Positions 48,488-59,642 of a stretch of DNA of 64,000 nucleotides are shown in pieces; positions within the stretch are counted from its first letter, which is position 1, and every line of letters starts with the position of its first letter. This DNA comes from Candidatus Micrarchaeota archaeon (lineage in GTDB: Archaea; Micrarchaeota; Micrarchaeia; Anstonellales; Bilamarchaeaceae). The stretch is from positions 32,001 through 96,000 of the forward strand of contig JBBSVN010000010.1 of the NCBI GenBank assembly GCA_038046765.1, in the 5' to 3' direction. Under the pieces are notes generated by a model. That model was not told the origin of the DNA. It saw nothing but the letters and a program-made list of their open reading frames with translations, and ran no database searches. The translations under genes were made by a program, and so were the position numbers.

Positions 48488-49714
48488 TTATGCCATCTTT
48501 AGTTGTGCTCTTGCTGCTGCAAGTTCATTTGGCATTATTTTCTCTTCTATCTGATCCAAAATTGATGCAGTAAGAACTAGTTTAGTAGCATTCTGCACAG
48601 CAACCGAACTATTAGAAACAGAAAAACTACTCGATTTAGCGCTATTAGTTTTAACTTCAACTCCGTTCGTTAAAGGTGCTAGAAAAACAGGTGCATAATC
48701 TTTAACAGATTGTTTAAATTCAACTGTTCCAGATAATTTTATTGGATCTACGCTATGTAAAGCACATAAATAAACTGCATTATCTAAAATATCGCTGGTT
48801 CTTAAGTTAATTTCTTTATTTAGTTTCACTTCTTTTTCACTAAGTTCTTCTTTCTTTTCTTTTTCCTCTTTTTTAGAAATATTTCCTTTTGCCTTCTCTT
48901 CTTCTAATTCTCTTTTTGCAGTTTCAATTGTCTCCTGTTTTTTAATAAATTCTTTCTTAAAAAGGTCAAATTTAGAAGTAACTCCAAAGCTTTCAACAAG
49001 GTCTTTTATATGCTGAACTATGCTTTGCTGTGCCATTTGCATGACAAATGTTGCATCTAGTGCGGTAGCTTCTGCCTCTTTTCTTAATGAAAGTGTTGAT
49101 GCATCAAGGAAACTATTTGCTAAAGCAAGTGCACCTGCTGAAAATCCAGCGATTTTTGCAGCACTAAAAATATCTTCTTTTTCTTTTTCATTTCTTGCAA
49201 GAGCTCCTCTATAAATCGCATAACTTTTTTGAGCTTCTACGTCCTCTCCAAGATTTGCTTTTCTTGATTTTAAAATTGAAACCCTTTCTTTTGTTACATC
49301 ATCTCCTTTCTTTCCTTTTATCGCAACGTCTTCTCTTTGTTGGTCATCTTTAGCCTTACGAGCCCGTGCTTCTTCTTGACGCATATTTTCTTCTACTGAT
49401 TTAATAAATGATTCCCATAATTTAGCATCAAAATGCGCACCGTCAAGTACTGCAATGGTTATTGCTTTAAATGCCTCTGAATCCTTTTGTTTGGTTTGAA
49501 TTAGACGACTTGATGCCTGTTCGTAGGTTTCTCCTTTTTGTGTTTTATTTTCGTGAAGAAACGCATCTAGTTTTTTATCAGAAGTAGAAATATTTTGATG
49601 AGAAAGTTCGGTTGTTCTATCGCTTATAGCTAACCTAAATTTTTTTTCTTCTCTTTTTAATTCTTCTACCGAGTTTGAAGTTTCTGAATCTTTACCTTTA
49701 AAAGACATTGCCAT
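48488..49714 (-). CDS. Hypothetical coiled-coil protein
   Basis: 408-aa charged helical ORF with one weakly hydrophobic Ala/Gly segment. Confidence 0.65.
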   Translation of the reverse strand: MAMSFKGKDSETSNSVEELKREEKKFRLAISDRTTELSHQNISTSDKKLDAFLHENKTQKGETYEQASSRLIQTKQKDSEAFKAITIAVLDGAHFDAKLWESFIKSVEENMRQEEARARKAKDDQQREDVAIKGKKGDDVTKERVSILKSRKANLGEDVEAQKSYAIYRGALARNEKEKEDIFSAAKIAGFSAGALALANSFLDASTLSLRKEAEATALDATFVMQMAQQSIVQHIKDLVESFGVTSKFDLFKKEFIKKQETIETAKRELEEEKAKGNISKKEEKEKKEELSEKEVKLNKEINLRTSDILDNAVYLCALHSVDPIKLSGTVEFKQSVKDYAPVFLAPLTNGVEVKTNSAKSSSFSVSNSSVAVQNATKLVLTASILDQIEEKIMPNELAAARAQLKMA

Positions 49715-49758
49715 GATAAAAATTAGAAGATTTAATTTAAAAAGCTACTCCTATAAAA

Positions 49759-50469
49759 TTAGAGTTTTGCAAGTGTATCCGCAACTATTCTTCTAGTAGG
49801 TTCCGAATCTCCCTGTAGCTTACCTTTAGACAATAAATACCCAATATCTAGAACAGGAACTCCTTCCTTTATTTCACCATTTAGTGCATCTAAGGGAATA
49901 ATTGTAAATTGAACATAGTCACCTACTTGAGGGTCTTTTCCTTTCTCTACTACTACTTTAACAAAATTTAGATCTTTTCCGTAATAACTCTCTAGTAAAC
50001 TTAAGTCAATGCCTTTAGCTAGACTCTTACCTTCTAAATTTACATTAAATATTTTAGGTGCACCACCATTAGCGCACTCTGAGTTTTTACAGATTGTCAC
50101 TAAACCGTTTAATCCTATTGAACGAACATTAACTAGATATGTAAAACGATCTGAACTGTCCAAGCCATCTGCGATAATTTTAGAATCTTTCTTCATTTCA
50201 GCTTCTAGTTTCTTTATTTCAGTTACACCTACTTTTGGTAGTGCTTCTAGTTTTTCTCTAATGCCTGGATCATGTCTTAAAGTAGTAGTTTTATTATTCA
50301 AAGCAACAGTAATCTTTCCTTTCTCCTCAGCCCTAGCAGTTCCGGATAAAGAACCTAATAATAATGAAGTAGTAAGTAGTTTAACTAATGGTCTTTTTGC
50401 TACGGCTAATGCGCGTTGCATTCTTGAAGTTTTAATTCCTTGACCTTCTAGTTTTTTCATATCTCCCAC
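49759..50469 (-). CDS. Hypothetical exported protein with delayed signal peptide
   Basis: About 28-aa basic leader, then LLTTSLLLGSLSGTARA-EE. Confidence 0.6.
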   Translation of the reverse strand: MGDMKKLEGQGIKTSRMQRALAVAKRPLVKLLTTSLLLGSLSGTARAEEKGKITVALNNKTTTLRHDPGIREKLEALPKVGVTEIKKLEAEMKKDSKIIADGLDSSDRFTYLVNVRSIGLNGLVTICKNSECANGGAPKIFNVNLEGKSLAKGIDLSLLESYYGKDLNFVKVVVEKGKDPQVGDYVQFTIIPLDALNGEIKEGVPVLDIGYLLSKGKLQGDSEPTRRIVADTLAKL

Positions 50470-50583
50470 ATCTTACTTAGTTAAACATACTGCCTCATAA
50501 CTCTATATAAAGATTTGCTTTTTGGTTGAAAGTGACGTAATTTAGTTTAGCGAAAGACGTAATGTAATATTTTTAGTACCTTA

Positions 50584-51261
50584 TCATTTTATATCAAATA
50601 TTTTATCAGATAAAAATAACTCAGACCTAAGTTCTTTTAAGAACAGTCTTAAAAATTTGTTTCTCTGCTTAGCCATTTCACGAGCTGTTTTAGTATGTAA
50701 TCTATCAGGTATCTTAAGCAAACGTTCGTAAAAAAGATCTAGGGGATAACTAGAAGCATCAGCTTCCCTATTTTCACAAAAAGGATCTAAAGGGTGATAA
50801 AATGACCGTTTCATCTGTCCAGCAGAAGAAAACGTCCTCATTATTGAAATTGCACCAGTGGCTTCAAGTCCATCCGCATCTTGCAATATTTTTGATTCTG
50901 AAAGTGTGGGTAAAACTCCTTTTGAAAAGGAACATTCCAAGATGCATATTTTAATTCTTTCTATTTTTTCCTGTTCAAAACCCATTTCAGAGAGTATCTT
51001 CTCTGCAAATTTGGCACTTTCTCCCTGAGATTTATGCTTTTCAGGATGATTTTTTTGATATACAACTAAATCGTGAAATAGGGCAGCCGGAACAAGAATA
51101 TCGAGGTCTCCACCTTCTTGTTGCGCAATAACCTCTACATTCAGTAAAACCCTATAAGCATGTTCAAAATCATGAGATACATCTTCCATTGCAATTTTAT
51201 TCTTTGCAATTTTAATTAAATTTTCTCTTAAAGTTGAATCCATAATATCATCGTTTTTCAT
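50584..51261 (-). CDS. HD-domain phosphohydrolase (YedJ-like)
   Basis: SHDFEHAYRV, AALFHD, LQDADGLEATGAI and TAREMA..R. Confidence 0.9.
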   Translation of the reverse strand: MKNDDIMDSTLRENLIKIAKNKIAMEDVSHDFEHAYRVLLNVEVIAQQEGGDLDILVPAALFHDLVVYQKNHPEKHKSQGESAKFAEKILSEMGFEQEKIERIKICILECSFSKGVLPTLSESKILQDADGLEATGAISIMRTFSSAGQMKRSFYHPLDPFCENREADASSYPLDLFYERLLKIPDRLHTKTAREMAKQRNKFLRLFLKELRSELFLSDKIFDIK

Positions 51262-51943
51262 TTTTTCTTGATATTATCATCACTAGTATTGGAGAAATAT
51301 GATATAAACTACCATTAAAAATACTATCTAGAAAACCCCCAAAAGGCAATCGGATAAACGATGAACCAACTTCTTCCAAATGCCCATTGGTATGTTTAAT
51401 AATCTCCCTCCACTTTGAATAAGTCCATAAATTCTCATCGCCCCTAAGCGTAGAAGAACGACAAAAAAAGGTCGGAACAGAAAAAACACACCTTTTAGCT
51501 ACCCTCAGACATTCATTTATCATCTGAGCTATTTGGGCAGGTTCAAAATGTTCTAATACTCCATGAGAAAAAGCTAATTCAAAATAATCATTCTTATATG
51601 GCAAATCAAATAGACTAACGTTTGCATAATTTACTCTTCCACTAAAATAACGATTTAGGGACTTTGCAATTTCTAGAATCCCTGGATCATTATCTATAGC
51701 GGTTACTTCATAGCCTTGTCTATTTAGTATTACTGAATTAATCGAAGAACCACAGCCTGCTTCAACAATTTTACTTCCAATAGGGGCATGTTTTCTAACA
51801 TAACGAAATAGGAAATTACTTGCTACACGCTTCTGTTTTAGGTATTCATCAGGTCCTCCAAAGCAATCAATTCTATCTGAATAATAATCTGACCATGAAG
51901 TCAACTTATTCTTATTCTCCCTTTTTTGTTTAGGTAGTATCAT
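51248..51943 (-). CDS. Class I SAM-dependent methyltransferase
   Basis: IVEAGCGS, AIDND, LPY.NDYFE and GVLEHF. Confidence 0.88.
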   Translation of the reverse strand: MILPKQKRENKNKLTSWSDYYSDRIDCFGGPDEYLKQKRVASNFLFRYVRKHAPIGSKIVEAGCGSSINSVILNRQGYEVTAIDNDPGILEIAKSLNRYFSGRVNYANVSLFDLPYKNDYFELAFSHGVLEHFEPAQIAQMINECLRVAKRCVFSVPTFFCRSSTLRGDENLWTYSKWREIIKHTNGHLEEVGSSFIRLPFGGFLDSIFNGSLYHISPILVMIISRKNEKR

Positions 51944-52208
51944 CCTTCTTCACCTTTTACATTTTAATTAATCATTTACCATACCACGTATTTATACTTT
52001 TCTTAACAAAAAATGGATAAATAATCATTAAATATATAAATAAATGTAAAACTTTTACAAAAAATCAGGCACTTTTTGTGTAATTTATACATTTAAATGT
52101 TATAAAAAACGTCTGAAATTGATTTTAGATCTGGAATGCATGGACACTTCAAACAAAAAATCGCTCGAATAAGCGAAGTTTTTTAATTGTAAAATCATTT
52201 AGTAAAGC

Positions 52209-55200
52209 ATGCCAGAACCATCTAGGGAAGAACAATTAATTACTGTAGCTAAACTTAGGTTAGAGCAAGACGAAAAAGCTAAGAAAGCTGCAGATGCAAT
52301 ATATAAACAATACAAAAAAGACAAAGCAAATAGAGATTTTGTAATTCTTTTAAAGACGTTTTATAAAGTGTTAAGGAATCCAGAAAAAGCCTTTGAAATA
52401 GAAGAGACGGATTATATCATCGGTCCAGCTTGGAACCGATCAAAAATTGAAATTTTTCAAAAAATAGATTTAATAGACAAGGCGATAAAAGCAGGCGCAA
52501 TAAATCAACTGGAAAATACAGTATACCGAAATGAGTTTAATAAAATAAAATCGGATTTTCATTTTACTATCGGGGAAATATTTCTTAAAGAAACTAACTT
52601 AAGCAAAGCTGAGTTTCATTTTGAAAAAGCTACTGAAACCTTAATGGAAAAAAGATATTTGGATAGTTACAGAATCTTTGTATTATACTATTGTAAAAAC
52701 AACACACGAAAGGCATTTGCATTATTAGATAAACTTGCAAAAAAGTTTCCAGATAAAAATGATTATTGGAACTTACTAAGAGCAGACTTTCTTATTAAGA
52801 TAAAGGCTTATAAAAAAGCGTTAATAATTCTTGCAAAAGTAAAAGATTATCCTTACGTTAAGAGTTTTAGACTAGGTATTGCTTACTTGGGTCTTAATAA
52901 TTTTAAAAATGCAGTTAAACATCTGAGATATTACAGGATTAACCCGAATAAATTGTACTCATACCCGCCGGATTTAGGACCCTTGCCTTTATTCCAGGGT
53001 GTCAAATATTCAACATATCAACATCTGTCAAATTTCGTTGAGCATAACGAATTAATGAATTTAGGACTATTCATAATATTTGTTGCAAATAAATATTACA
53101 AAAATGCGTTTGAATTACTATCAAAAACATCTGTAACTTCGAACTCGCCATTTTATTACGAGTTTCTGAACTTACAAGGCATTATGTATTATGGCAAAGG
53201 GTATTATCGCTTTGCATTGGAGTCTTTTGAAGAAGCAATAAAACACTTGGGCAAAAGAACAGATTTACTTTTTAGTCGTGCAGTAGTACTATCAACTCTT
53301 AAGGATAAAGATAAAGCAATAAAAGACTTAGAAAAAGTCTGTAAAGATTTAGGTACAGTAATTCCTGCAAAGGATGAAATTGAAAATTTATTAAAGGATC
53401 CGAAATTCCTAATGGAATTAAGCTTCAAAAGCCCATTTTTCATTAAAGAAGAACGTAATGCCAGTTCGGATATTCAGGCAAACGAAGAATCAAAACATAA
53501 TCCAATAGATAGAAGGAAACAATTTATTCTATTTGATATTATGGATTCTTTTGATATACCATACTCAAAACATTCTAAATTTGAGGAAATAGGAATAAGA
53601 AGATATGATGAAGGAAACTATGATTATGAAGAAGGAGAATATGCAAATGCGATATTAAGTTATGGAAGTGCATTAGAAATCAATCCAAATATACAGGAGG
53701 CATATTTTAATCGTGCACTTGCTATTTTTATGGATGGCGATAGTAAAAAATCCCTGTCTGATTTTGATGAGTTTTTAAATATAAACAAAAAAGATTATCG
53801 CGCATATAACAACAGAGCCTGTATGTATATAGAGGAAAAAGAGTATAAAAAAGCAGAATGCGACTTAAAAGCTGCAATCGAAATCTGTCCAGATAATCCT
53901 TTGATACTTCATAACTTAGGTTTAGTACATTTTTACTTAGAAAAAGATGATTCATTAGAAAAATCTTTAGAATATTTTTCCAAAGTAATAGATGTAAAAC
54001 CAGATTTTTTAGCTAAAACATACTCAGTAAGAGCTCAGGTTTATGAAAAACTAGGGAAAACGTCTGAAGCATTAAGCGATTATAATACGGCAATAGCACA
54101 TGACTCATCAAATGAGTGGTACCAGGAACTTAGAGATAAAATTAACAAACCAGAAGAAAAACCTAAAGAAGAAATAAAAAATGAAACAAAACAAGAGCAA
54201 ACGCATGTTGAAGATGAAGAAGATTTTATCACAAGGTTTATTTCAGTAATAAATGAGGATGTGGTTCAAGTATCTATCTCTGAAGAAGCGAAAGATTTGC
54301 CAAAATTAGTTAAAGAAAACATGCCGAAACTGCTTGAGACTGCAGAATATTTTTACAAATCTAGAAATATCGACCGTGCACTTGAGCTTTATTCCAGTTT
54401 GCTTGAAATTGAACAGGATAGTCATCTAATTCACAATAATTTAGGATGTTGCTTTTATAGAAAGCAAGATTTTAAAAGTGCAATAAAACACTTTGATAGA
54501 ACTTACGAGATAAATCCATCATTCAAAGATGCGTTATATAATAAAGGACTTTCCTTTGCAAGTATTGAAGAGTATGAGAAATCTATTTTTATTTTTACAA
54601 AATTCCTGAAATTTAATAATGATGATTTTAGAGCACACAATTTACTTGCCTTAAGTTATGAATATGCTCATTATTATGATAAGGCTATAGAAAGCTATGA
54701 AAAGGTACTTTCCATAAATCCAGACTTTATTGAATCAAAAACGCATCTGGAATGTGTAAAATCAAAGAAAAGTGAAAATGTTTCCTCAAAAGCTACTAAA
54801 ACAAATGAAAATGAAAGATTAGTAGAGGAATCAGATGTAAGCTATTTCTCACAAATAACCTTTTCAGATGTAGGTGGAATGCAAAACATAAAGAAAAATC
54901 TTAATACGAAATTTATCGCTTCTTTAAAAGACAAGGAAATTGCTAAAAACTATGGCAAAAAATTTGGCGGAGGATTAATTCTTTATGGCCCTCCAGGCTG
55001 CGGTAAAAGTTATGTTGTTGAAGCACTTGCAGGAGAACTAGAAATTCCTTTTATAAAAATTAGTATCGCAGATATTTTGAACATGTACGTAGGAAATAGT
55101 GAAAAAAATCTAAAAAGAATTTTTGAAATTGCAAAAAAAAGACAACCAATAATAATATTCTTCGATGAAATTGAAGCATTAGGAGGCAAAAGAGAGGGTA

Positions 55201-55742
55201 TGAATCAGCACTTTGAAAGGACACTTGTAAATCAATTTTTGATGGAGATGGATAAAATTGACAAAAATAATGAAAATGTTCTGGTCATTGGAGCTACGAA
55301 TGAACCGTGGTCTGTGGATCATGCATTAAAAAGAAGCGGAAGGTTTACGCATAAAGTATTTGTTGAACCCCCTGATCCAGAAGCAAGAAAGGAAATATTT
55401 AACTTATATACTAAAAACAGTTCAATGTTAGATCAATTAGACTATACTAAATTAGCAGAACTTACCGAAGGTCTTTCTTGCACAAATATCAAATCAATAT
55501 GCGAAAATGCATTTGATTTTGCATATGAAGAAGCAGTAGAAAAGAAAATCGAAAAGAAAGTCGATATGAAAGATTTTGAAAAAGCAATCTCAAAAGAACG
55601 ATCTGATGTAAACGAATGGTTTGAGCAGGCAAAGCAATATGCTACCAACAATTTGTTTAGGGAAACGTATAAAGAACTAGTTAAATATTTGGAAAAAGAC
55701 AAAGCATATTTAGATAACAGGGGAGGCAGTATGTTCGGCTAA
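52209..55742 (+). CDS. Multi-TPR protein fused to a C-terminal classical AAA ATPase
   Basis: Many TPRs (AYFNRA, AYNNRA, HNNLG, ALYNKG). FSDVGGM, GPPGCGKS, FFDEIE and ATNEPWSVDHALKRSGRF. Confidence 0.9.
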   Translation: MPEPSREEQLITVAKLRLEQDEKAKKAADAIYKQYKKDKANRDFVILLKTFYKVLRNPEKAFEIEETDYIIGPAWNRSKIEIFQKIDLIDKAIKAGAINQLENTVYRNEFNKIKSDFHFTIGEIFLKETNLSKAEFHFEKATETLMEKRYLDSYRIFVLYYCKNNTRKAFALLDKLAKKFPDKNDYWNLLRADFLIKIKAYKKALIILAKVKDYPYVKSFRLGIAYLGLNNFKNAVKHLRYYRINPNKLYSYPPDLGPLPLFQGVKYSTYQHLSNFVEHNELMNLGLFIIFVANKYYKNAFELLSKTSVTSNSPFYYEFLNLQGIMYYGKGYYRFALESFEEAIKHLGKRTDLLFSRAVVLSTLKDKDKAIKDLEKVCKDLGTVIPAKDEIENLLKDPKFLMELSFKSPFFIKEERNASSDIQANEESKHNPIDRRKQFILFDIMDSFDIPYSKHSKFEEIGIRRYDEGNYDYEEGEYANAILSYGSALEINPNIQEAYFNRALAIFMDGDSKKSLSDFDEFLNINKKDYRAYNNRACMYIEEKEYKKAECDLKAAIEICPDNPLILHNLGLVHFYLEKDDSLEKSLEYFSKVIDVKPDFLAKTYSVRAQVYEKLGKTSEALSDYNTAIAHDSSNEWYQELRDKINKPEEKPKEEIKNETKQEQTHVEDEEDFITRFISVINEDVVQVSISEEAKDLPKLVKENMPKLLETAEYFYKSRNIDRALELYSSLLEIEQDSHLIHNNLGCCFYRKQDFKSAIKHFDRTYEINPSFKDALYNKGLSFASIEEYEKSIFIFTKFLKFNNDDFRAHNLLALSYEYAHYYDKAIESYEKVLSINPDFIESKTHLECVKSKKSENVSSKATKTNENERLVEESDVSYFSQITFSDVGGMQNIKKNLNTKFIASLKDKEIAKNYGKKFGGGLILYGPPGCGKSYVVEALAGELEIPFIKISIADILNMYVGNSEKNLKRIFEIAKKRQPIIIFFDEIEALGGKREGMNQHFERTLVNQFLMEMDKIDKNNENVLVIGATNEPWSVDHALKRSGRFTHKVFVEPPDPEARKEIFNLYTKNSSMLDQLDYTKLAELTEGLSCTNIKSICENAFDFAYEEAVEKKIEKKVDMKDFEKAISKERSDVNEWFEQAKQYATNNLFRETYKELVKYLEKDKAYLDNRGGSMFG

Positions 55743-55993
55743 TCTTTCCTAAAAAACACCATTGAACCAATAACTTTCCTTTTTATTTTTCCCGAGCTTT
55801 GAATCTTTTCTATAATTTCAAGATATCTTTTAACTGTTTTTGCGTTTAGCCTTGTCCCATAAACGATTTGGTACAAACCTACTTTTTTGTTTGTTATGAA
55901 GTGAAGAATGATATCGATAATTTTTGAAGCATTCATAAAATAGTTGGTTATTTTTCTGTATAAATCTTTTGAATAGGTGTGTGTACATTTCAC
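55739..55993 (-). CDS. Small winged-helix protein
   Basis: QIVYGTRLNAKTVKRYLEII HTH-like. Start is probably MNASKI (ATG about 55936). Confidence 0.5.
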   Translation of the reverse strand: MKCTHTYSKDLYRKITNYFMNASKIIDIILHFITNKKVGLYQIVYGTRLNAKTVKRYLEIIEKIQSSGKIKRKVIGSMVFFRKD

Positions 55994-56183
55994 ATTGAAA
56001 AACTTTTCATACGTAAAAAGGCTTAGTTTTGGTGAAATATTGCAGATTTAAGGCTTAAAAACACTAATATTTACTGTTAAATTTCCATATTTTAGTTGAT
56101 ATTTTTTTAGTTCATTTCTCGTAGGTGTTGTTTTTAATTTAGTATTTTCACTCATTTTTTCCACCCACGTTCTTCACCAGAGT

Positions 56184-57179
56184 CTATTTCTTACTTCCTC
56201 CTTTAAGCAACATATTTATCGCATCAGGAACCGCAATTAAATTTACTGCAATTGTCTTAAACCTAGTTAATAGAGCAAATGTAATTCCTTTAGCTACGGG
56301 TATTCCAAATAAACCTAAAACAACTGCTGCAAAACCCTCACTAAATCCAGTACCAGCAAATGAAGGCAAAGGAGCAAATTCAATCATAGTAATTAATGGC
56401 TGGAATAGAAAATAGAACAATACCTCTGGCATTCCCGCATCTATGGTTATCCCTACGCTCTTTGCTGCAAAATACCAGGAGATTGCTTTAGCGCTCCAGG
56501 TTAAACTTAATATTCCAAGTAATTCTGGTGTTCTTTTTATAACTGCATGTGAGTTTTGTTGCATTCGCTCAAATAAATCATAAACTTTATTAGCTAGCGG
56601 GATTGTTTTAGCAAAACTAAATAATCCAAGGAATTTTTTAGAAAATAAAATCAATACCATTATGATTATCATTGTAATCATTGCAAATGAGGCAAAAACA
56701 AGAATCGGTTTATCTTCTGGTTTTAAAAATTGCCAAAGTAAATAAACTATCGCCGTACTTCCTGCTAAAACTTTTAATGCAAAATCAAAAACAGTTGGTC
56801 CCATTACGCTTACAAATGCCTTTTCTGATGGAACATTATATTTATAGTGAAGCATTCCGGCTGTTGCAAAGTATCCGCTTCGAGCTGGTGTAAAATCTGC
56901 TGCAAGCATTCCAACAAAGTGCGATCTTATAACTTCAATCCAGGTTGCCTTTACCCCCTGTTCTTCTAATAATATCTTTATTCGTAAAGACATCAAAACG
57001 TACATGAATAATAAAAATAATATTGAAATTCCAAGCAGTACTAGGTCTACCTTTGATATTTCATTTAAGAATTTATCAACTCCAATAAACTGTAAAATAA
57101 AGTATATTATTACTACTGATATTATTGCATTTATTGCTAGTATTAACTTGTTTCGTTGCATTTCTTGCATGTTTATCAC
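56184..57179 (-). CDS. UPF0104/LPG-synthase TM-family flippase-like membrane protein
   Basis: LRIKILL, FTPARSG, P.PS.AG.G.SE and LLTRF, with many TMs. Confidence 0.85.
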   Translation of the reverse strand: MINMQEMQRNKLILAINAIISVVIIYFILQFIGVDKFLNEISKVDLVLLGISILFLLFMYVLMSLRIKILLEEQGVKATWIEVIRSHFVGMLAADFTPARSGYFATAGMLHYKYNVPSEKAFVSVMGPTVFDFALKVLAGSTAIVYLLWQFLKPEDKPILVFASFAMITMIIIMVLILFSKKFLGLFSFAKTIPLANKVYDLFERMQQNSHAVIKRTPELLGILSLTWSAKAISWYFAAKSVGITIDAGMPEVLFYFLFQPLITMIEFAPLPSFAGTGFSEGFAAVVLGLFGIPVAKGITFALLTRFKTIAVNLIAVPDAINMLLKGGSKK

Positions 57180-57246
57180 TAATCTGTTTTTCTATTTTAA
57201 ACTTACAATCGCTATGTTTATTAATTATATTATTTTTAGTTTCCTT

Positions 57247-57810
57247 GTGCCAAACTACTATTTAGATATTGAAACAACTGGTTTAGATTGCAAAAAGGAC
57301 AAAATTATAACTATTCAGTATCAACGTTTGGACTCGCGATCTGGTCTTCCAAATGGAGATTTACATATTCTTAAAGAATGGGAAAGCTCTGAAAAAGAAA
57401 TTATTCAAAAATTCTCTGTTGACTCAGGTATTCTTTCTAGCAATCCGTTTTCCTTCGTATCTGTTGGTTTTAACTTAAAATTTGAACATAATTTTCTTAA
57501 TGCCAGATCAAAGCTTCACGCTCTAAATGAAATTGACATCCTAAGTAAACCTTTTTTGGATCTGCATAGTTGTGCGGTTATAATGAATAATGGCGCGTTT
57601 AAGGATTCTGGCTTAGATAAAATTACGAACAAACCCCACAGCGGAAGTCCGATTCCTAAATTGTACGAAAACAAAGAATATGATAAAATCATAAAATACA
57701 TCGAAATCGAAACAACTGAATTTTTGAATTTTTCCTCCTGGCTATATAAAGAACTGCCCACATGCTTGGCTAATTTTAAGTCTTACTATAATAAAACAGC
57801 TAACAAGTAA
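57247..57810 (+). CDS. DnaQ/RNase_H_2-like 3'-5' exonuclease
   Basis: YYLDIETTGLD, VGFNLKFE and LDL. GTG 57247 taken as start because the track's upstream extension overlaps the opposite gene. Confidence 0.8.
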   Translation: MPNYYLDIETTGLDCKKDKIITIQYQRLDSRSGLPNGDLHILKEWESSEKEIIQKFSVDSGILSSNPFSFVSVGFNLKFEHNFLNARSKLHALNEIDILSKPFLDLHSCAVIMNNGAFKDSGLDKITNKPHSGSPIPKLYENKEYDKIIKYIEIETTEFLNFSSWLYKELPTCLANFKSYYNKTANK

Positions 57811-58640
57811 GAAACCAAACCTAAAAACAGAGCCAATAAACTTATCTTTCTAGCGTATTTGTATGGTTTTTTATCTGGTTTACAAATTATTTTGTATATG
57901 ATTGTAATCATGAGTAAATTCGCAATTACTAATAAGCCTACTGCGTAAATATTCGCTTTTAATCCAAAGAAAAATGGCAGTGCAGTAAGCGGTAAAAATA
58001 TTATGTAAATTATTGTCGCAAGAAAGATTGCGTTTTGTTCTCCAATCATTGCAGGAAGAGTTTTTGAGTTACGCGCCTTAACATCCCCTTCCAAATCTTC
58101 CGTACTCTTTATTATTTCACGAGCAAGACCAGATAAAAATCCAAGAAGCGCTAGTACAATTGCTATTTTTGATAGTTGTTCGCTAACTACTAAATTACCA
58201 AATATAAACGGTATTGCCATTGTTAATCCGATGTATAAGTTTCCAACTAACGGCAAATCCTTTAGTTTGTAATTGTATGCTATTGCTAAAATATTAAATA
58301 TTACTGCAACTAAAAACGCGTTTGTGTTGATAAAATACGCTGCAACTATTGAAACTAAAAAACAAATCCAGGAAAAATAGAACGCAAACTTCTTTGAAAT
58401 TGTTCCATTAACTAACGGGCGATCATTGCGCTTGTTTAGCCTGTCGCTTTCTACATCTAAATAATCATTTAACGCAAAGCTTCCCATCTCGCTAAATACT
58501 GGCACGATTAATGATAGTATTATTATCGTAGAAAAATCCGGCAGTTTTCCAAGTATTATCGTTTCTCCTATTAATACGGCTATCGCGAGCATTATCGCAT
58601 GTTCGAATCGAACGAGCTTATAAAACTCCTTTATTCTCAT
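57786..58640 (-). CDS. UbiA-family prenyltransferase, likely DGGGP synthase
   Basis: LNDYLDVESDRLNKRNDRPL, YNYKLK.LPLVGN and REIIKSTEDLEGD. Confidence 0.88.
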   Translation of the reverse strand: MRIKEFYKLVRFEHAIMLAIAVLIGETIILGKLPDFSTIIILSLIVPVFSEMGSFALNDYLDVESDRLNKRNDRPLVNGTISKKFAFYFSWICFLVSIVAAYFINTNAFLVAVIFNILAIAYNYKLKDLPLVGNLYIGLTMAIPFIFGNLVVSEQLSKIAIVLALLGFLSGLAREIIKSTEDLEGDVKARNSKTLPAMIGEQNAIFLATIIYIIFLPLTALPFFFGLKANIYAVGLLVIANLLMITIIYKIICKPDKKPYKYARKISLLALFLGLVSYLLAVLL

Positions 58641-58694
58641 ATTCCATTATTAATCGAACAAACATTAAAAAACATCGTTGTTGTTCTACTATCC

Positions 58695-59642
58695 ATGGCG
58701 ACCTATAAAGTAGAATTAATCTCCCCGAAAATGAAGAACGATATAATGTTTGGATTAGCTGATAAAATACCCTATTCAAAAAAAGCCCATATCCACGGTA
58801 CCTGCGTAAAATTCTTTACAGATAGTGCTGAATTTGCATCTATGTGGGAAATGAATTTTAGGCACATGCTAGACGAGATACGTCCTCATGCCAGGATATT
58901 TGCTATTACTGATAAAACAAAAAAATTGCGCGTACTATACGAACCACATTCAAAGACCGTTATCATAAAAAACTGCGATTATTATGGCTGGGTAAAAAGT
59001 ATTGCACTTGGATTAGTTGCTGACTTTTTTGAAGATTTTACTTCTGAACATAGAAGATACTCCATACATGGTTCACTAATTGATTATAATGGACATGGTC
59101 TAGCTATTATTGGCCCCTCTGGAAGCGGTAAGACAACACTTACCTATGGCTTAATGACTGATTATAGGTATAATTTTCTTACTGATGATTGGTTTTTTGT
59201 TCGCATGATGCGAAACGGAACTTTAGTGTTTTCTTCTGAAAAAAATTCTTACATTCGAGATGACTTAGCATCTAACTGGGCCGAGTTTAAGGATAAGTTA
59301 TTACATTTGAAAAAAGATAATCACGGTCGGTCTATTGCAGATATTAAAAGAATTTTTGGTGGCGATCGTATACGCGAGTCTTCAGCATTAAAATCGATTA
59401 TTTTACTTAGACGTGAAAAAGGCAAAGACGTATTTAAGAAATTATCTGCTACTGAAGCTCTTGAATTTATGCTAAAAAATGATTTTTGCAACCCTCACCA
59501 GTTAGTTAGGAATAAGGTAAAGTTGTTATCGAGAAAGGAATTCTTTAAAGAACTTTTTAGTAAAGTTCCCGTATATCTACTTAATACAATTGAAACCCCA
59601 AAACAAAGCTTAGAGAGGATAAAGAGGTTAGCATATGACTAA
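58695..59642 (+). CDS. HPr-kinase/PEPCK-like P-loop protein
   Basis: IHGS...NG.GLAIIGPSGSGKTT...TDDW. ATG 58695 preferred. Confidence 0.75.
   Translation: MATYKVELISPKMKNDIMFGLADKIPYSKKAHIHGTCVKFFTDSAEFASMWEMNFRHMLDEIRPHARIFAITDKTKKLRVLYEPHSKTVIIKNCDYYGWVKSIALGLVADFFEDFTSEHRRYSIHGSLIDYNGHGLAIIGPSGSGKTTLTYGLMTDYRYNFLTDDWFFVRMMRNGTLVFSSEKNSYIRDDLASNWAEFKDKLLHLKKDNHGRSIADIKRIFGGDRIRESSALKSIILLRREKGKDVFKKLSATEALEFMLKNDFCNPHQLVRNKVKLLSRKEFFKELFSKVPVYLLNTIETPKQSLERIKRLAYD

Noticed and set aside
57004..57246. N-terminal extension of the exonuclease ORF, and likewise 58599-58694 and 29405-29443
   Set aside because: These overlap opposite-strand genes or promoter regions. Downstream starts fit the domain boundaries better.
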